DNA of 64,000 nucleotides, taken from contig JBDRBB010000003.1 in assembly GCA_043823065.1 (NCBI GenBank), positions 74,260-138,259 on the forward strand, written 5' to 3'. Within the stretch, counting starts at the first letter, position 1. Each line of letters starts with the position of its first letter. The notes below the pieces were generated by a model. That model did no database searches. It saw nothing but the letters and a program-made list of their open reading frames with translations, and was not told where the DNA came from. Below are positions 11,701 to 19,118 of the stretch, one piece after another. The position numbers and the translations under genes are program-made. The stretch is from Pseudomonadota bacterium (lineage in GTDB: Bacteria; UBA10199; 2-02-FULL-44-16; DYJF01).

Positions 11701-11850
11701 TGACTCTCTTTGAAATAATTCCTCATATCTAGCATGATCTATATTAGCTGGCATGGACATGGTTGGCTCTGGCGTGGCCAACCATTCAAATAGATTTTCT
11801 CGATTACCCTCGCCAAACACTTTCAAGCGAGATTCGCCATTGGCAATCAT
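5695..11850 (-). CDS. Giant orphan protein (2051 aa): coiled-coil N-domain, Gly/Ala-rich multi-TM core, Arg-rich repeat domain; paralog 1 of tandem array
   Basis: Long ORF with SD AAAGGGGAG; 5 Lys; blocks shared with 11874-17009 and 17179-18900. Confidence 0.9.
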   Translation of the reverse strand: MIANGESRLKVFGEGNRENLFEWLATPEPTMSMPANIDHARYEELFQRESRRLAQLLEQPTTATPNHEDRLEPTDLNQLTEVQLQENFEIAAASLRELFVENAEHADSAAVLGEIFEYGLELFDVDEDALQELQAQRRNLLTSRQLLQEQRQQLDREMRNEAMTDAYADGFGQADNASYLMILRSQVAETEDRVEQLERSVRTLEQRWSANLNRLDRAFLTAFLGQEINEENIDDARRALSSEQAAMIADAYRVIRASEQSQQYYEAAIDNAQNIMATAWYRLQSLQIDLDSNNHFQVRRALEEIRALREELGSLNDLQELLSAINDITGEEGVTIDNLEEVLSVLSGFENIDPELRDSGVQELNSYLQEVSFTVGNLELLEQVEALTLSQLYTGHAYLRFANPDLSTEESLLLDERLRGLERQLGALIENSQNASVATKRILGQTLNQVINIHTARGEVDSQGLRMGGGIFSQLAQQHNNSEIELAFNQLANMVQDYEDIIQSEVTLEENDPLYAHYTQAVLSLFINGPRAANRSPEAIENLRFLLTDPFADNDVLLAFNTDSNDRSNFSRTANRNIVSDANSFLIDNPGQDESEPQLPTVPDLFDIRRFDLRLIDGNSGRQGIVSTPLFQHIEHDLRQNQPQLFDQDGNLVDRDFTGTPQGEQAYWYTMSDYLMTGNPWRDFGIPAASGLGCYAVGALVFGWSGIGLGLAAAGCAFLGSAANTGQNIVANLDLIERAQISGSSDITSEQAFRNVVTFGVMTGLNMLNAGLLARPAFLFGRVLVTGLGRGALNSGRWLFAQQGLRGAMQNSGQLSRIFGNNLGEVRAYLSYGEQWRLGAGLSLHLAGYPADYLDEDLGFYMRAAGGMLAVSGGLHTGIRMGLAQRTAQSMYSANLYNLLYQGYAADAFFLGQDMIWANSYLISSGDFLGLGLARRVEYTDRMGEEQVRIINENSWVGDVGLLLTAGLFVRYDWSQMEPAMRRYLLYSGGAMGLDLAGEPLLDGEWPELNNIVGGAGGAAGLAILTGRITGVNALGIIVALPFKIGTEAIMLWQGGQNPFRGFYDDAQYQRRLMSFAAETQGSSVPIMTILRGRAFLMGFPLGRRLIALSQRMPGLRNMQSGVNAGLLTGGPGATYERYGPAEITPISATRRLRTYELIQNSHSADATPVRLEVNNNGFGRGYSFRLNGQEITEAQLNQRLLEIGHVWDPISRHVFNVQSSRVAPTIIDGDRLYNIQAPVAPQYSLQVRFNGRRPIFELNGQQIPASFLRRNGYRWTNNELLDARGNRIAFRDGANNSRNYDLEGFAGEPNMLRVQVGNGQTRFYLNGNQVEAQALEQLGYQWEAGTSRTPPVFLERSDAHRPGRISYTITNSRTNVEQNLEVVLGRLDRPRFILDGQAMSRGALQRRTSYLWDNKTHRLLSPLREEVVPNRVENIASVYSVASREVMRSTQLRVREESGREIFELDGRQITPTALRQMGYRWNRHDGGQLYRTERAFIGDYGEFVPNTVIESPRLFNTSPWGRVPVLRDWFRTYANDIRVQGQGENASFWFNNVQVTQEWLLSRNLRWDATSNRLIHSTNGFRGDIAFGARRLTVNEFQRAYAGSARRHVRNRELLDQHLDDLGYEIQGNRFWHAARQEFADDLVLGGERLNVFRGRTLSTPRYTFGGAAMTAPFLMGAAYGMNYGIFQHTSNGDPEYQRVQRALNYGIAAMIIWPYIQSPLGYDTPIARSVGYVLGFFANGIPAAIFPPYRNGINGFETFISELDGDRVPETDPIARVVNRFSDVVQPGVFFSYSPMRSSWGLGGDVFAISHEIDTSWNILDNVLGPAQNNYFEYEHIANEVFLGAWDCMVDIAENHPNVENDVQFREFVNSSNVCNQEFDLYDPEDEITGGKAIVLGYDLMRDIIAGSQAGINPDIMRDRFEAYAQAFRNLVNEVRASDTVVENERRLIAHQAARLHLFRNRYRDVRASDGNSVVYSLERLEGEYPEIFARMPNLETPEARWRFNITLNGSGAFIDDEAIRADEPIRIRAVDPDDSRLHPIIRDMRQR

Positions 11851-11870
11851 ATACTCCCCTTTCTAGAGCT

Positions 11871-11930
11871 TAATTACCGCTGCCGCATATCTCTGATAAT
11901 TGGGTGCAAGCTGCTGTCATCTGGATCAAC
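11871..11930. repeat. 60-bp direct repeat, copy 2 (3' end of 1711-aa gene)
   Basis: Encodes VDPDDSxLHPIIRDMRQR-stop in both genes. Confidence 0.9.
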
Positions 11931-14900
11931 AGGAGGTGATAGCCTACGTCTGTTGGCTATAATAGTTTCTCTAGTTATACGTGCTCCGCTACCATTGAGT
12001 TCAATGAAGAAATTATCTCTTTCTTCTTGGCTATCCAAACTTTCAGGGATACGCTCAAATAAAACTGGATAATCATCTATAATCTGTTGGCATTCTTCAA
12101 CAAACGAGCCCCCAATAGATTCATGGTTATTAACAATGTACCTAATAATTGCAGCTTGAAATCCAGCAAATCGTAATTGATCTGTGGTTGTTGTTTCATT
12201 TCTTCTAATCTCTTCTAATGTTAAACGCACTCCCCTTGCATAAGAACTTAGTATATCCCCCATATTACCATGAAGTTCTTCATTCATACTATTTAACATT
12301 ACGCGAACATCGTCTGGAACCCTATGTTGCCTGGCCGCTTGTGAAGCATCTACACCATTTGACAGAGCCATCAGATAATCAATAGCTTCAACTGTAGTTG
12401 AATATGCTGGCTCTTCATATTCACGATTATTACCAACTGTTTGACCATAAAAATCTAAAAGGTTATAACTAGTTCCCATGCTATGCAAAATAGCGGAAGC
12501 TTCTTCCCAATCATCTTCTCCTAACTCATTAACAAAGCTTCCAAAACCAGGGATACGATCTCGATAAGGCGGGAACAAAGCTGCAGCGCCCATAATAACC
12601 GGAATACCCAACAAACCACAGATAACACGCGCCCTGCCAGTATCATAGCCAAGAGGTGATTGAATATAGGGCCAAATTACCAAAATTGCCGTAAGATAAT
12701 TTAAAACACGCTGCATTGGTTGATATTCTTCATCACCGCTACAAGTTTTTCTAAAAACATGGTTCTGAGTTAGCCAGACAGTTGGCCCTAAAATGGCCGC
12801 AGAGATAAGTGAAGAAATAGGTCTAAATTGTTGAGTTGCAAGTGTTCGGCCAGTTGATACAGTATTACGATAGCCACCTAAATTCAAGGTGCCAACATTT
12901 TCACTGCTACTGGCATGCGCCCTCACCCAAACCATTCTGCCATTTAATCTTCCACCTATCCTCACTTGAAAGGTGCGATAAATTGGAGTATTCAGTTCTC
13001 CTAAAGAAGCGTTTTCCAATATCTCCAGACGTTGGAGATTTTCCAGGCTGGCTCGCACAAAACGATCTCCGTTTACTGTCCAACCTTGATCTCGAATCAT
13101 CTGATCAGCGCGCTCACGTGCAGGACCAGTCATTCCTCTATATTCCCTGGGAGTTATGTTACGCCCAGCTATTTGTATCTCACTTTGAAATCTGGGTTCA
13201 AGCTGATACAAAACACTATTCCGTAAAACATAACCCTGTTCAACAAGCTCAGCTTCTGTAAGATATCGTCCATTCAAAGAATAGCGTTGTTGGGGAATTC
13301 TTGGATTATCATTGATGCGTAGCACATCACTACTTCTACCACCTCTGTCAACTGTATAGGTTCGTGAACCTGGATTTCCCAAACCACTTCTTATCCACTT
13401 ATCTGGAAATAGTCTTCTAGCGCCAACATTATTCAGGGCAATGCCAGCGCCACCTAATCCAGGCAGCTGGCCAATGTTGATCATGCTTGGCATATTTCTT
13501 AAAACAGGAATTCTATTTGCAACACGCAAAATATTCCTACCAAGCGCAAATCCACCTAAAAAGTTATTTCCTCTCAATATCCACATGATGGGAATACTAA
13601 TACCAATGGTCTCCACAGAAAAAGACCAAATACGACCAGGATCTGGACCGGTAATCGGCCGGCCTGCTTGCCATTGCATTAAAACTTCATTAGCAATTTT
13701 TATAGGCAAGTACCAAATCATGCCAGCACTACTTACACCAGTTAAACGGCCTGCTAAAATCGAAATGGCAACACTTCCACTAGCGCCACCTAACAAAGAA
13801 TTAACTTCGCCGTCTGATGCCCAGTCCAGCCCAACCCCCAAAGCTCCTGCAGGCAGAAACATTTGTTGTCCAAAACTCATGTTTGGAAAATCATAACGCA
13901 AAAATGCTCCACCTGCTAAAAGCACTCCAGCTGTTCCAACCCAGGTATCTGCGCCAATTCGTGGCTGTTCATTAGGACCTCTTGGAGGTTGAATAAGACC
14001 TAAACCATTGATATGATCTGGAAAAGGCAAACCATTGACAGTTCCAACAAAATCCGTGGATAAGAATCCATTTTCATCTGGCACAATTAAATAACGATCA
14101 GCCATATAAATATTAGTGCCGGCTAGAACAGCAAAATTAGCCCATCCTCCAGCAGAAGCATTCATAGCAGTTAAAGTTTCTTCTGCTATTACTGCCCGAA
14201 GGGGCACATGAGCAAGACCTGCTAAAGAAAGCGCTAAGCCAGATTGACGCAGATAAAAACCAGTATCACCATCTACATAATGACCAGCACCATATAATGA
14301 GCCACCAGCAACAATTTCTCCCGCGTTTAAACCATAGAGAATTTGTTGATTAAGCGGCAAAGCCCTATACCAACTAGCTACTTCTCCACCTACAGCACCC
14401 ATGCCTCTTAAAGCGCCAACGGGATTTAGTGCTGTAGCTAGACTACCTTCATTAGCTGCTAACCAAACTCGATAACCATTGCCGATATTGTAAATACTGG
14501 CACCAAAAAATTGACGCATTCCCCGGCCAATCGGACCAACAAACCTGCCATTAATTACAGCATTGACACTGGTAGTAACCCCAAAAGTAACCCAATTGCG
14601 AAATTCTTGTTCTTCAGTAATTTCCGACATGCCTGTTATTTCAGATTGGCGAATGGTATCATAATTCATGGCAATATTGACACCGCTCCTGCCTAAAAAC
14701 ACTGCTGTTCCACAAGCCCCTGCAGCTACAAAAGTGCCTACACCCGTCCAGGATTCTGGTAAAGCTGCCATACAAACCGCAGAAGCAAGTGCTGGTAAAC
14801 CAAACTGCCAAAAATCATTGCTAATTAAGTAATCAGATAAAGTTCTCCAGTAGGCATCATCACCGCGTGCAGTACCTGTAAAGTCTACGTCTGGCAATAA

Positions 14901-17009
14901 TTCACCATCATCATCAAAAAGATGCGGTTGTTCTTCACGTATATTCTGATTGATATTCTGTAAAAGTTGAGTATGCGCTATTCCTGGGCCGACTCCTCCA
15001 CCATTAATTAAATGCAAGTTCAGTCTTCGAATATCAAAGTTCGAAGGGACTTCTGGTGGATTAACATTTGGCTCTGGTTCTGATCGATCATCATCAATAT
15101 AAAAATGTCCATCAGATATCGTTCTGTCTTGTCTCACAAGACGTGAGTCAGGGCCTAGACCAGCAGATTTTGACGGCAAATCTCGTGTAGCTTGATTGAA
15201 TGCTAACAAAACACCTCTATCTTCAACCAAGTCCGCAGAAGATGGATCATTCAAATAACGTAAATTACGCAGAGCATCCTGCTGACGATTTACAGCTCTC
15301 ACCCCATTAACAAATAATTTAGTAACCACCCCCGCATATAAAGAATACAAAGGATCATTTGGCTCCTCTGTAATATGATTCTGAATTATGTCTTCATAGA
15401 ATAAAATTGCGTTTCCCAAACGTTGAAACACATCTTCAATTCCTTCATCATCATGTTCAGCATGGAGTTGTGCAATTATTCCACCACTTTCCCGCATACC
15501 ATCGCTACGCACTGCTCCGCGGGCTGTATATAAACTCATCATTTGATCCAGCATTTGCCCCCAAAGCCTAGCTTCTAAATCTGAGGCTAAATTGGCTCTA
15601 GTACGCATACGCTCTACCAATGTATCTTCTAGCGCTCTTTGTTGATTATCTAACAGATCGGTTTGCGCTTCACTCAAATTTTCCTGAGCATAACGCGCAA
15701 ACAGAGTACCACCATATTGTAAATGCAAGGCCAGGGCATCAATTTCTTCAATCATTTGCGGATCACCAATCATAACCTGCAATTGTTGGGCAAACATCTG
15801 CAACTCATAAGTCAGTTGTTCAATCTGACCAGCTTCTTGAGCTTGTTCTATAAATTGAAGAATATTTAGAATAGTATCGGGATCGACAGCTTCGTTTTCC
15901 AAACTACGTAGATAAATTTGTAGTTGCTCAAGTGCCTGGAAGGCACCTTCTGGATCTTGGTCTTCAACAAACACTTGAAGCTCTTGAACTAGCTCCATAA
16001 TCTCTCCACTAGAGCGAGAAATTAGACGCAGTTCATCTAAATTACTTCTAATATCTGCCACTTCACCAATAGCAAGCGTTACCAGTGATGCATCTTGGGA
16101 TTCCATATCCATTTGATAGGCCTGCAACTGATACCAAAGCCCAATCGTAACATTTGGCGCATTATCTATTGCTGCTTCATAATACTCGCGAGCAATATGA
16201 GTAGCACGAATAGCCCGCAAGGCATCGGCAAAGGTTGTTGCATATTGCAAAGGCAAGTCTTGTCGATATTGTTGCCTTAGTTCTGGATCAGGATTAAAAT
16301 CTTCAAATATTTCTTCAAAAATATCTTCTTCTAAAGCTAAAATATTTTCTGTAAACCTATCTTCTAATTGTTCTATCTCCCTTTCTATTTCCGTATGTTG
16401 ACTTTCCAAAGTAGAGATTCTGGTACGCAATTGAGTTTCAAATGAATCTCCTTGCGTCATATTAAACCCATCGGCATAAAAACTTGACATCATATCATTT
16501 CTTCGTTCTCTAACTAAGTCCGCACGTGCTTGTTCAAGCTCAGTTTGTTTTTCTCTTAAACGACGTCTGGCATCTTGTAGATCCTGATATGATCCTCGAA
16601 TATTATGAACGATGGCGCCACTGGCAAAAACAAGACTAACTGCTTGAGCAAATTCCTCTTGATTTTCTGTAACCATCGCTAATTGTAAATTTGTTAATCC
16701 TGACTCAAAATTGGCTATACTTTCTTCTAGGTTTATTTGATTTTCTTGCTGGTTTTGTTGATTTGGTTGATTTACTGAGTGGTTGGGATTTCTTGAATAA
16801 AGTTGAATAATGCTGTTGGTATAATTTATTTGGTGTTCAAAATGTTCAAGCTGATTTAATAGTCGTTCTTCAAAATGGCTTTGATCTATGCTTGCCGGCC
16901 TAGCCATTATTGGGCCGGATCTAATGCCGGGTGGACTTTGCTCTAAATGTGCGAGCAGCTCATTGGGTCGGCAAAAAAATTCTAAGCGAGATTCGCCTCC
17001 GGAAAACAT
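11874..17009 (-). CDS. Giant orphan protein (1711 aa), paralog 2 of tandem array
   Basis: Shares GESRL, YYEAAIDNA, WPYIQSPLGYDT, FPPYR, LNGSGA and the C-terminal tail with paralog 1; 6 Lys. Confidence 0.9.
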   Translation of the reverse strand: MFSGGESRLEFFCRPNELLAHLEQSPPGIRSGPIMARPASIDQSHFEERLLNQLEHFEHQINYTNSIIQLYSRNPNHSVNQPNQQNQQENQINLEESIANFESGLTNLQLAMVTENQEEFAQAVSLVFASGAIVHNIRGSYQDLQDARRRLREKQTELEQARADLVRERRNDMMSSFYADGFNMTQGDSFETQLRTRISTLESQHTEIEREIEQLEDRFTENILALEEDIFEEIFEDFNPDPELRQQYRQDLPLQYATTFADALRAIRATHIAREYYEAAIDNAPNVTIGLWYQLQAYQMDMESQDASLVTLAIGEVADIRSNLDELRLISRSSGEIMELVQELQVFVEDQDPEGAFQALEQLQIYLRSLENEAVDPDTILNILQFIEQAQEAGQIEQLTYELQMFAQQLQVMIGDPQMIEEIDALALHLQYGGTLFARYAQENLSEAQTDLLDNQQRALEDTLVERMRTRANLASDLEARLWGQMLDQMMSLYTARGAVRSDGMRESGGIIAQLHAEHDDEGIEDVFQRLGNAILFYEDIIQNHITEEPNDPLYSLYAGVVTKLFVNGVRAVNRQQDALRNLRYLNDPSSADLVEDRGVLLAFNQATRDLPSKSAGLGPDSRLVRQDRTISDGHFYIDDDRSEPEPNVNPPEVPSNFDIRRLNLHLINGGGVGPGIAHTQLLQNINQNIREEQPHLFDDDGELLPDVDFTGTARGDDAYWRTLSDYLISNDFWQFGLPALASAVCMAALPESWTGVGTFVAAGACGTAVFLGRSGVNIAMNYDTIRQSEITGMSEITEEQEFRNWVTFGVTTSVNAVINGRFVGPIGRGMRQFFGASIYNIGNGYRVWLAANEGSLATALNPVGALRGMGAVGGEVASWYRALPLNQQILYGLNAGEIVAGGSLYGAGHYVDGDTGFYLRQSGLALSLAGLAHVPLRAVIAEETLTAMNASAGGWANFAVLAGTNIYMADRYLIVPDENGFLSTDFVGTVNGLPFPDHINGLGLIQPPRGPNEQPRIGADTWVGTAGVLLAGGAFLRYDFPNMSFGQQMFLPAGALGVGLDWASDGEVNSLLGGASGSVAISILAGRLTGVSSAGMIWYLPIKIANEVLMQWQAGRPITGPDPGRIWSFSVETIGISIPIMWILRGNNFLGGFALGRNILRVANRIPVLRNMPSMINIGQLPGLGGAGIALNNVGARRLFPDKWIRSGLGNPGSRTYTVDRGGRSSDVLRINDNPRIPQQRYSLNGRYLTEAELVEQGYVLRNSVLYQLEPRFQSEIQIAGRNITPREYRGMTGPARERADQMIRDQGWTVNGDRFVRASLENLQRLEILENASLGELNTPIYRTFQVRIGGRLNGRMVWVRAHASSSENVGTLNLGGYRNTVSTGRTLATQQFRPISSLISAAILGPTVWLTQNHVFRKTCSGDEEYQPMQRVLNYLTAILVIWPYIQSPLGYDTGRARVICGLLGIPVIMGAAALFPPYRDRIPGFGSFVNELGEDDWEEASAILHSMGTSYNLLDFYGQTVGNNREYEEPAYSTTVEAIDYLMALSNGVDASQAARQHRVPDDVRVMLNSMNEELHGNMGDILSSYARGVRLTLEEIRRNETTTTDQLRFAGFQAAIIRYIVNNHESIGGSFVEECQQIIDDYPVLFERIPESLDSQEERDNFFIELNGSGARITRETIIANRRRLSPPVDPDDSSLHPIIRDMRQR

Positions 17010-17135
17010 TTTCTACCCCTTTTCTTTGCATGTAGCAGTGGCAAAAAACCGCATTCCTCATAAAATCCCCCAAAAGGAACAGGCTTATATCTGACACTGT
17101 GAAACAAAGCAAGCATTTTTTACCCTCTATTGAAA

Positions 17136-17161
17136 TTATCGCTGGTTATGAAAAAAGTTGC
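17136..17161 (-). promoter_or_regulatory. Putative sigma28-like promoter GCAAC-N15-CGATAA
   Basis: Minus strand taaGCAACttttttcataaccagCGATAA, 127 nt upstream of ATG 17009; same motif at four other orphan-region genes. Confidence 0.6.
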
Positions 17162-17178
17162 TTAAAAAAAGTGGGGGA

Positions 17179-18900
17179 TTAGGAAAGCCCTAAATATGCT
17201 AAAAACGAGGAAATTATTGTTTGATCTGCATTTGAGGCTGGTGCCATATTTACAGCCACAGGCGTTGCCACTGGCTGACTGGTTCTATTGGCAAAAAGAT
17301 GCGGATTTTCAGTTCTAAAAGTTTCAATATTGTTTTGGTAGGAATTAGTTACGGTAATATCAAGGCGTTCAACTGGTGGGCAACATAAAAGTTCGCCAAG
17401 AGCTGAAGCGCTAAACATACCTTCTATACCATGGTCCAGCGCAGTATGATTTACATGTTGGATATATCTTAAATTGTTAAGGGCTATATCTGGTAAGTTT
17501 ACTCTTCTTGGAGCTTCCACAAAGGTCATATACATAACATCTGAAAAATCTTCAAAAATAGAATCCCCTGTTGTAGGGGACATATGTGGTCTAACCAGAT
17601 CGGCAGTTGCGTTAAATCTAGCAATTAAACTTTGATATATTCTATTAGCATCTCTTAAACCATACGAGCTTTGACCTAAAAGTTGCATTACATAATTTAA
17701 CCATCCAGCTGGACGAAATGAGCTATCTATTCTACCCTCACGCAAAGCATAAACAGCAGCAATGCGCCGCATATTCTGCATAAAAGATTCACTCTCTTCT
17801 CTGGATGCCTCTCCACTTCTGGAACCAACCATAGCATCATACTCTTCTTCTAAATCTACCATTCTTGAGTCATACAGGGTCATTTCAGATTCAGAAATAT
17901 TTCTACCATAACGTAAAAAACTCATACCTTCATATAACAAACCCCAGGATTGAACGCTCAGATTATGCAAAGTTTGATTTTCTTCAGCAGTATGTGAATT
18001 TCTCAATTCTCCCGCAATAGATTGCCTTAAAGTTTCCAAACCAGAAACAGCATTTCTGATTCTAACAGAATCATTAGAATTAATATCTATTCTTAAGGAA
18101 GCTAATCTACTGGTGTCTCTTAAAATAATGTCTGCTGAATCTCTTTGGGCCACCAATTCATATAATCTTTGCGCTGCTCTTGGTGAATGATTCTCCTCAA
18201 AAAACTCTGCCAAGGTAACAGCGTCTTCATTGGAAAGCAAATTTCTATATTCTTCAATTGTGGAATAACCTTGGCCAAATCTTGCAACCAAAATTTCTTG
18301 TTCAAGTTGATCAACCGATTGTTCCCACCGTTGTTCCCGCATCGACACTACCGTTCTTTGTTGAGCTATCAATTCACTGACTATTCCCCAGTCATTAGCA
18401 TCTAGTTCACCTCTTAGCTCACTGCCACGTCTTCTAAGTTCATTATAGTTTCTACGACTAGCACAAATTACCTGATAATCATCTTCACTAATTTGAAAAT
18501 AATTCTCACCAGCATCTAAAACATTTTGTAATCCTGCTGAATCCGCAACAGACATCCTAAAAACTGATATTGCATCATCAAACTGTTGGGCACATTGATC
18601 ATCTTGCAAAATTATTGGCGGAATTTCTTCTGCCATTTCTTCTAGTTCTATTATTTGTTGATTTTCTGTTTCTTGAATTCTTGGTCTTGGTGGGGGGGCT
18701 GGATTTGGTCTTGGTTCTATGTAAATATCGTTGGGATGTGTGCGGGGTGTATAATTATTTCGTCCAACTTCCCCGCTTCTTTCAATTTCAAAATTAGGTT
18801 GTATTCTGGGGTTATTGAGTTGGCCTGGAGAACCGGGGGGGGTTCTGTTTGGGTCAACTCCTTGGTGAATTCCTTGAATACCTTCTCCACCTACATGCAT
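17179..18900 (-). CDS. Orphan protein (573 aa), short paralog 3 matching the N-terminal helical domain; zero Lys
   Basis: LYEGMSFLRY..., FVEAPRRVN..ALNNLRYI align with FVNGVRAVN..ALRNLRYL and FINGPRAAN..AIENLRFL of paralogs 1-2. Confidence 0.85.
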   Translation of the reverse strand: MHVGGEGIQGIHQGVDPNRTPPGSPGQLNNPRIQPNFEIERSGEVGRNNYTPRTHPNDIYIEPRPNPAPPPRPRIQETENQQIIELEEMAEEIPPIILQDDQCAQQFDDAISVFRMSVADSAGLQNVLDAGENYFQISEDDYQVICASRRNYNELRRRGSELRGELDANDWGIVSELIAQQRTVVSMREQRWEQSVDQLEQEILVARFGQGYSTIEEYRNLLSNEDAVTLAEFFEENHSPRAAQRLYELVAQRDSADIILRDTSRLASLRIDINSNDSVRIRNAVSGLETLRQSIAGELRNSHTAEENQTLHNLSVQSWGLLYEGMSFLRYGRNISESEMTLYDSRMVDLEEEYDAMVGSRSGEASREESESFMQNMRRIAAVYALREGRIDSSFRPAGWLNYVMQLLGQSSYGLRDANRIYQSLIARFNATADLVRPHMSPTTGDSIFEDFSDVMYMTFVEAPRRVNLPDIALNNLRYIQHVNHTALDHGIEGMFSASALGELLCCPPVERLDITVTNSYQNNIETFRTENPHLFANRTSQPVATPVAVNMAPASNADQTIISSFLAYLGLS

Positions 18901-19064
18901 AGGCAGTTCCTTAATGTCAGTTTTAGTCTATTGAATTTTCCAAAATTTCCGATGCATGTTTGATAACTTAATCAATATGACGCAATTGGTCAAGTTTAAA
19001 AATTAATATATCCTTGACTAAGAATATTAAAAGGAATTGAATTAGCATATCCCTTAATTTCTAA

Positions 19065-19091
19065 GCAACTTTTTTAAACTATAAGCGATAA
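19065..19091 (+). promoter_or_regulatory. Putative sigma28-like promoter GCAAC-N16-CGATAA
   Basis: taaGCAACttttttaaactataagCGATAA, 28 nt upstream of ATG 19119. Confidence 0.6.
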
Positions 19092-19118
19092 CAAGGATAA
19101 AGCTCAACAACCAGAATT

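Noticed and set aside
5695-18900. Alternative genetic code as the cause of missing Lys
   Set aside because: Neighbouring conserved genes use AAA/AAG at canonical Lys motifs (e.g. GSGKT in PcrA) and translate normally with code 11.
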